Shown here piece by piece: positions 58,608-64,000 of a DNA stretch of 64,000 nt. Each line of letters begins with the position of its first letter. The first letter of the stretch is position 1. The position numbers were made by a program, and so were the translations under genes. A model generated the notes under the pieces. It was not told the origin of the DNA. It did no database searches and saw nothing but the letters and a program-made list of their open reading frames with translations. The DNA comes from Akkermansiaceae bacterium (GTDB lineage: Bacteria; Verrucomicrobiota; Verrucomicrobiia; Verrucomicrobiales; Akkermansiaceae): assembly GCA_903837825.1 (NCBI GenBank), contig CAILVZ010000162.1, forward strand, positions 3,287-67,286, read 5' to 3'.

Positions 58608-59234
58608 TTAGCGACGCTCGGCGCTGACCTCCGCGTAGCGGTCCCACCACATGTTCGCGAAGGGTGTCTCGGACTTGGTGAGAAGCGGCACCGACTCGTT
58701 GCGGGAAATTTTGTCGGAAGCCATGTTCCACCAACCCGCCTTGCCCTTGCTGGTTTCTTGGAAGGCCTTTTCGCCATTCACTAGCACTTCGTAGCCCACG
58801 TACTCAACCGCGCCCTTGCCCGCACGATCAAATCCGGTGAGGCGCTTGATCGAAGCCGGTGAAAGGTAAACCGAGGTGTAAATGTCCTCATTCAGCGGGA
58901 TATTCACGTGATTGACCTCTTTCGTGAGGAGCAACATCGTAGATGGCTTTTCCGGATTTTTGACTGCGATGTACCACTTCACCGTGAGTTTCTCGCAGGT
59001 CTTTGATGCTGGCTCTGGGGTCAGGCTGACCTTGAGCTTTGCCTCGATTTCAAGCCAGTCTTTTGGCTTAAATGGCTTTTGCTTGCCGCCTGAGAACTCG
59101 GGCGAAAGAAGATCGTCGAAGGTCGGCTTGTCTCCAAGAACTTTAGGAGCTTGGCCCAAGGCACTTCCAGCGGAGATGGCAAAGATGACTGCGGAAGCCG
59201 TTGCGGCGAAAGTTTTGCGGATGAGTGAATTCAT
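58608..59234 (-). CDS. Amuc_1102-family secreted pilus-system protein
   Basis: Signal peptide, SPEF....K.F.PK.WLE.E, S.YLSP..I.RL, L.KSETPFA..WWDRY; first gene of the cluster. Confidence 0.8.
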   Translation of the reverse strand: MNSLIRKTFAATASAVIFAISAGSALGQAPKVLGDKPTFDDLLSPEFSGGKQKPFKPKDWLEIEAKLKVSLTPEPASKTCEKLTVKWYIAVKNPEKPSTMLLLTKEVNHVNIPLNEDIYTSVYLSPASIKRLTGFDRAGKGAVEYVGYEVLVNGEKAFQETSKGKAGWWNMASDKISRNESVPLLTKSETPFANMWWDRYAEVSAERR

Positions 59235-59389
59235 ACGTGATGGGTTGGAAGGAGCGTAGTGGCTAAGAATTCGGGTTGGCTAGTGAAATTAGCGCGATTG
59301 GGTAAAAAAACGTGCGAAGTAAATACACGGGTCGGGGATATTTTCCACAAGCGGTTGACGTGGCGGCCTTTGGTGCGCATCACTTGGGC

Positions 59390-60106
59390 ATGGCCGCTGC
59401 GCGCATGATGTTCGAAAAAAACCGACCTCTTGTCGTTGGGAGCTTCGGGAGTCGGCAGGATTTGCTCGATTCGAGTGCTGAGACGCTGAAAACAGCGTGC
59501 GACATCGTCGAAATCCGCTTGGATCTTCTGGAGGTTGATGCGGCTCATGGCGAGCCTTCGCCGTGGAAGCACCTGCTTGAAATTCCGATGTTATTCACCG
59601 CGCGGCGCAGCGAGGAAGGCGGAGCACTGGAAATGGGTCCAGCGAAGCGGATGGAATTGCTCCGCGGTGTGCTCGATCACGCCACGTGGGTGGACATCGA
59701 AGTTGCGAGCATCGCCGAGATGAGCGAGTTGATCGCCGAGTTGCAAATGAAGGAAATCCCATGGATCGCGTCTTACCATGACTTTGAGAAGCTGCCCACA
59801 GACGCCGAGCTTAGGCAGGCCGTTGTGAAAGCACGCGACGCGGGCGCGGCGGTTTTTAAAGCGGCGGCTCGGCTTGCTAGCCCCGCAGACGTGGCCCGCT
59901 TGGCCAATTTACAGCTCTCAGATCACGGGATTTCCGTTTCCACCATGGGAATGGGACCCCTTGCCCCCGTTTCGCGCCTTCTCTGCGCCCAATGCGGCAG
60001 CGTCCTGAACTACGGCTTTATCGGTCAGACCGCCACGGCCCCCGGCCAGTGGAGCAGCGCCTTGCTCAAACAAGCGATCGTACAACTCGCGCCGTTAGAA
60101 ATCTAA
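59390..60106 (+). CDS. aroD: Type I 3-dehydroquinate dehydratase
   Basis: D.VEIRLDL, LFTAR...EGG, DIE, SYHDF, K.AA, MGMG......SR, GS.L.YG, APGQ; start ATG 59390 assumed. Confidence 0.9.
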   Translation: MAAARMMFEKNRPLVVGSFGSRQDLLDSSAETLKTACDIVEIRLDLLEVDAAHGEPSPWKHLLEIPMLFTARRSEEGGALEMGPAKRMELLRGVLDHATWVDIEVASIAEMSELIAELQMKEIPWIASYHDFEKLPTDAELRQAVVKARDAGAAVFKAAARLASPADVARLANLQLSDHGISVSTMGMGPLAPVSRLLCAQCGSVLNYGFIGQTATAPGQWSSALLKQAIVQLAPLEI

Positions 60107-60159
60107 CGATTCAATTCCTGTTAGATTTTATTGGTTAGATTCACAACAATCTAACCAAT
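60093..60159. repeat. Cluster of five GTTAGA/TCTAAC motifs forming two inverted repeats at the aroD/dinG convergence
   Basis: CGTTAGA-AA-TCTAACG (60093-60108), TGTTAGA (60119-60125), perfect 12-bp IR ATTGGTTAGATT-cacaac-AATCTAACCAAT (60130-60159). Confidence 0.85.
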
Positions 60160-62163
60160 TACCTCCACCGGTGCATCTGGCAAGGCCTTGAGAAATGCTT
60201 GACCGTAGCGTTTGGTAAGAATGCGGTTGTCCAGAATGCAGACGAGCCCCTCGTCGCGCTCCGTCCGAATGAGACGCCCAACGCCCTGCCGCATCTTGAG
60301 AATCGCCTCGGGTAGGGAGTAATCCATGAATGGATTTCCGCCGGCGGCCTCGATGGCCTCAAGCCTCGATGCCACCATCGGATGGTCTGGCACCGCGAAG
60401 GGCAACCGCGTGACGATCACATTCGAGAGCGCCTCACCCGGGACGTCGACTCCCGTCCAAAAACTATCCGTGCCAAACAACACGCTGTGAACGTCATTTC
60501 GAAATTCTTCGATCATCCGATGCCGTGGCATGCCATCGCCTTGAAGGAACACCCGCCAGCCTTGCTTGCGAAAAAATGACTCCAACCGCTCCGCCGCATC
60601 ACGCATCGTCCGATAACTCGTGAACAATACAAACGCACGCCCATGACTTTCCAAAACTGCTCGGCGAATCCCCTCCGCCATCAGCTCGTCGTATCGTGGC
60701 GTCCCAGGTTCTGGCACGGATTTATCGATCCGAATCTTCATTTGCCGCGAGTAATCAAACGGACTTCCAATGCACAAGGCCCTGGCATTTTCCGCGCCCA
60801 AACGACGTCGGAAATAACTCAGCTTGGGATCCCCCACCGCCAAGGTCGCGCTGGTCAAAACCAGGCTTTTCTTGCCTGAAAACAACAAGGGCCGTAGCCG
60901 CTCCGCCACGTTGACTGGAGCCGCGTGAAGGCTAAATTGCTGCTCATCGCGACCGCTTCGCTCGATCCAATACACACTGCCATCCGCCGCTTGATCTAAA
61001 AAAGCGCCGATCGATCCATGCACTTCCCGCAAGCGCCTCGAGGCATCCTGCAATTCGGCCCGGGTGTTTTCAGACTCGGCATCGGCCGCAAGGCGATCGA
61101 TCTCCTGCCAAACTTCCCGCAGCGGTGCCCCAATGCTGTTAGGAACGACCTCGGTCTCCCGCACTCGGAACTCCTTCGAAAAATTTCCAAACTTGGCCGC
61201 GTCGCCAACCTCGTGAAAAAACCGATCGGCCGCAACCAAGGCGGCCTCGACCGCGAGCATCGCCGAGGCTTTTCGAAACGACTTGAGCAGGCCCTTTCGC
61301 GTGCGGGGATGATAGAGCCGCTGCAAATCGAAACGCAGCCCCGATTGAGAGACCCGCAGCCCTAACTGAATCGCCGCAATCTGCTCGATGGTATGCGCCT
61401 CGTCGAGGATCGCGAAATCGTTCGGAAACAAAAACCCCCCCGACTTTTTCCCGCCATCTGAATCGTCATCTGCGGGTTCGTCATCCGTATTCAATAGGGC
61501 AAAAAATAACGTATGATTCACCACGATTAACCGTGCATCCGCTGCGGCTTTCCTTGCTTCTTGGAAAAAACAATTTCCTTGGGGGCCACAATGGCGCGCC
61601 GTGCAGAGGTGTGCTTCGCTGCAAACTTGTAGCCAGACTTTCGGCTGCGGCTGGAAATTCAAATCGCTCAAGGTGCCGTCGCGCGTCGTCTCAGCCCACT
61701 TCCGGAGTGCCTCAAGCTCATCATTTTCAGTCCCCGTGAAGAGGTCACCCGCTTGCTCCAAAGCACGCCTCAGCCTGAGTGGGCACAAGTAATTTTGCCG
61801 CCCCTTCAAGAGCACCGCTGGCAACTCATCGCCGATGACTTTGCGCACAATCGGGATGTCCTTGCGGATCAATTGTTCCTGCAGGTTGATCGTGTGGGTC
61901 GAAATGATCCCCCGCCGACCCGTCTCGATGGCAAACCGCGCGGCAGGCAAAAGGTATGCGAGTGACTTCCCCACCCCCGTGCCAGCCTCGGCGACCAATG
62001 GATTTGCGCCCACCAGCGCCTCAGCCACCGCGACCGCCAGCTCCTGCTGCTGGGGCCGATACGCAAAATCTCGTGATTTCGCGAGTGCACCCTTCCGAGA
62101 AAATGCGTCACGCACCTCGTCGCTAAAGCCAGGAATCGGTTGGCCATCGGTCGTGAAAATCAT
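60151..62163 (-). CDS. dinG: ATP-dependent DNA helicase, DinG/YoaA family
   Basis: [23 protein letters not shown], Fe-S Cys, [32 protein letters not shown]; start ATG 62163. Confidence 0.9.
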   Translation of the reverse strand: MIFTTDGQPIPGFSDEVRDAFSRKGALAKSRDFAYRPQQQELAVAVAEALVGANPLVAEAGTGVGKSLAYLLPAARFAIETGRRGIISTHTINLQEQLIRKDIPIVRKVIGDELPAVLLKGRQNYLCPLRLRRALEQAGDLFTGTENDELEALRKWAETTRDGTLSDLNFQPQPKVWLQVCSEAHLCTARHCGPQGNCFFQEARKAAADARLIVVNHTLFFALLNTDDEPADDDSDGGKKSGGFLFPNDFAILDEAHTIEQIAAIQLGLRVSQSGLRFDLQRLYHPRTRKGLLKSFRKASAMLAVEAALVAADRFFHEVGDAAKFGNFSKEFRVRETEVVPNSIGAPLREVWQEIDRLAADAESENTRAELQDASRRLREVHGSIGAFLDQAADGSVYWIERSGRDEQQFSLHAAPVNVAERLRPLLFSGKKSLVLTSATLAVGDPKLSYFRRRLGAENARALCIGSPFDYSRQMKIRIDKSVPEPGTPRYDELMAEGIRRAVLESHGRAFVLFTSYRTMRDAAERLESFFRKQGWRVFLQGDGMPRHRMIEEFRNDVHSVLFGTDSFWTGVDVPGEALSNVIVTRLPFAVPDHPMVASRLEAIEAAGGNPFMDYSLPEAILKMRQGVGRLIRTERDEGLVCILDNRILTKRYGQAFLKALPDAPVEVIG

Positions 62164-62285
62164 CTCCTGCTCATCGCACTCGGCATTTGCCATTCTGCCA
62201 AGCCGCAACTTCGAGAACCACGCTGGATAACACGCTCGACAGCTCCGCCCTGCCACGTCCAATGTCTCCCCACCGCGGCTAACCC

Positions 62286-63659
62286 ATGATTTTTCCCCGC
62301 ATCGCACGTTCCAGACTCATCATCCCCGCCGGACTCTCCGCCCTCGGGGCGCTGAGCTGCGCCATGTTGATCCCCGAAGAAATGGCCGCCGTTCGTCAGC
62401 AGCTGACGGGTTTCCCAGATTCCGATGTGCTCGCCCATCAAGCGAGGCCGCTGATTCTTGCCGCGCTTTGCTTTCTGCCCGCCATCACCAGCATCCTCTA
62501 CACCCTCGGTGGGACGATGGACCGCTACATCGCACGCCAATTTGCCGGATCCTTCAGTCTTTGCTTCGGCGCACTCGTGACCATCTGGTTTCTCATGGAC
62601 TTCGCGGACAAGGTCGGCGATTTTCAAGACTCAAAGCACGTGCTGCAAACGATCGTGACTTTTTATTCCACCCGCTCGCCCGCGGTTTTCCTTTTACTAA
62701 TGCCCTACAGCTTGTTGCTCTCGTTGCTTTACTCGATGGGAAAACTTTCAAGCAGCAGAGAGATCATCGCGATGGTCCAAGCGGGGCGCAGTATTGCACG
62801 CATCACCCGCCCCTTGATCATCGCGGGGTTGCTTTTGAGTGTGCTCGCTGCAGGTTTGAATTACCACTGGGCACCCAACGCAGAAGGCCGCCAGAACGAA
62901 ATCCTTGCCGAAGCCACCGGTAAAATCGCCACCCAAGCGACCAACGTGATCTTTCGCAACCCCACGGACAGGCGGCTCTGGATGATCGGCGCTTTTCCTC
63001 AAGACTATGAGAAAGGCGCGCCGTTGTTAGACGTTGAGATCACGCTCACCCACGAAGACAAAACCCTGCAAAGTCGGATATCGACAAAAAGTGCTTCGTG
63101 GAATCCCATCAATCACCACTGGAGGTTCCAAAACCCGATCGTCCGCACCTACCAACCCGGACAGGCACCGACCATCCATGTCAAATCGGAACCCCTCGAA
63201 ATCGATTCCTGGACCGAGACCCCGTGGCAACTCATCAAGCCCGGACTCAGCCCCGCGTTCCTGGGCATTCCAGACCTGAACAGTTGGGTCAGAGAAAACT
63301 TGAAAAATGGCAGCTTCGCCGATCCCTCGCCTTACCTCACCCACTGGCACTACCGATGGGCACTGGCGTTTACCAGCTTGGTCACGGTGCTCCTCGCAAC
63401 CCCCTTGGGCATCCACTTTTCAAGGCGCGGCCCGCGCGGCGGGGTCTTCGTCGCGGTGATCCTCTCGGCATTGATGCTGGTGATCAGTAACATCTCCATC
63501 GCGCTTGGCGAATCTGCCACCCTCCGCCCCGCATTTGCGGCTTGGTTGCCCAATCTTGCTTTCACCTTGCTTGGAATCTATCTTTTCCAACAACGTATTT
63601 CTAACAGATCATTTCTACATCGATTGTTCAAATCACCGCAGAAAATTACTCCACCGTGA
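62286..63659 (+). CDS. LptF/LptG-family LPS export permease
   Basis: DRYIAR.F, L....EI.AM..AG.S..RI..P, beta-jellyroll, LA.PLG, AAWLPN; alternative start ATG 62517. Confidence 0.87.
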   Translation: MIFPRIARSRLIIPAGLSALGALSCAMLIPEEMAAVRQQLTGFPDSDVLAHQARPLILAALCFLPAITSILYTLGGTMDRYIARQFAGSFSLCFGALVTIWFLMDFADKVGDFQDSKHVLQTIVTFYSTRSPAVFLLLMPYSLLLSLLYSMGKLSSSREIIAMVQAGRSIARITRPLIIAGLLLSVLAAGLNYHWAPNAEGRQNEILAEATGKIATQATNVIFRNPTDRRLWMIGAFPQDYEKGAPLLDVEITLTHEDKTLQSRISTKSASWNPINHHWRFQNPIVRTYQPGQAPTIHVKSEPLEIDSWTETPWQLIKPGLSPAFLGIPDLNSWVRENLKNGSFADPSPYLTHWHYRWALAFTSLVTVLLATPLGIHFSRRGPRGGVFVAVILSALMLVISNISIALGESATLRPAFAAWLPNLAFTLLGIYLFQQRISNRSFLHRLFKSPQKITPP

Positions 63660-63727
63660 AATTTTCCAGTAGCGACATTCCAATTTCTAACTGAGCTCAA
63701 GTCTTCCTTTCCACCCAATCACCACTT

Positions 63728-64000
63728 ATGGCAATTGCTGAACCCTGGCATGTCCGAGCACGCGGACGCGAATGTGCCGCCACCCAAACGGCCTTCTCGG
63801 AAGGTGAAACCATCGTTACCGCTCTTTTCCCAGACCCTGAATCCAGCGGTTATCTACGACGTGATTATTGCATCCAAGGTTGGACTGACCATCAGGCCAG
63901 CGGCGAAACCGCATTTTCATTCTGGAGGACCACCTACGCGATCCCCACTGGAAATGAAAAACCCAACCCCGTCGAAAAACTCAGCGCGGAAGAAATCCTG
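63728..64000 (+). CDS. Partial conserved hypothetical protein (runs off the window)
   Basis: Open frame MAIAEPWHVRARGRECAATQTAFSEGETIVTALFPDPESSGYLRRDYC...FSFWR...EEIL with no stop before 64000. Confidence 0.65.
   Translation, partial: MAIAEPWHVRARGRECAATQTAFSEGETIVTALFPDPESSGYLRRDYCIQGWTDHQASGETAFSFWRTTYAIPTGNEKPNPVEKLSAEEIL

Larger units (their letters stand above)
716..63606. repeat. Dispersed over-represented heptamer TGTTAGA/TCTAACA
   Basis: Perfect copies start at 716, 837, 1832, 8905, 9159, 10500, 10725, 18112, 18771, 20186, 26550, 28570, 29163, 29304, 30061, 31346, 35514, 35992, 36928, 38092, 38112, 38932, 39184, 41736, 44037, 60119, 63025, 63600. Confidence 0.8.

Noticed and set aside
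59355-59384. TTGACG possible -35 element upstream of aroD
   Set aside because: No convincing -10 element at correct spacing; cannot be supported without TSS data
716-63606. TGTTAGA as Chi/KOPS, REP/MITE or CRISPR repeat
   Set aside because: No strand bias in the window (16 vs 12), no conserved flanks beyond about 8 nt, no regular spacing, mostly intragenic
1-64000. tRNA, rRNA, defence systems, prophage
   Set aside because: Intergenic gaps are short and none showed cloverleaf or rRNA signatures; no ORF carried defence or phage hallmarks I could recognise

Overview
GC-rich, gene-dense core-chromosome segment from a free-living member of Verrucomicrobiota, most likely Verrucomicrobiales (Akkermansiaceae/Luteolibacter-like). 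The assignment is inferred from a complete Amuc_1102-1101-1100-1099-1098 pilus-like locus and the gene repertoire. It contains tatC, rodA, a Cus-type heavy-metal RND operon, an isolated rpoA-rplQ pair, a photolyase, paired trypsin/PDZ proteases (one catalytically degenerate), PPi-dependent PEP carboxykinase and PPDK, a GHMP-kinase/UDP-sugar pyrophosphorylase fusion, a MoxR-Bat operon, an in-frame CoaE-Rho fusion, a 1887-aa repeat/lectin surface protein behind the secretin gene, aroD, a DinG helicase and LptF/G. I saw no rRNA, tRNA, CRISPR array, IS or phage genes. The strongest unexplained signal is the non-palindromic heptamer TGTTAGA/TCTAACA. At least 28 perfect copies were counted by eye, with many 1-mismatch copies, on both strands and in several reading frames. 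It uses otherwise rare codons, overlaps stop codons, and forms inverted pairs at a convergent gene junction. This pattern resembles DNA uptake sequences or another genome-wide recognition motif. All family assignments come from motif recognition, not database searches.
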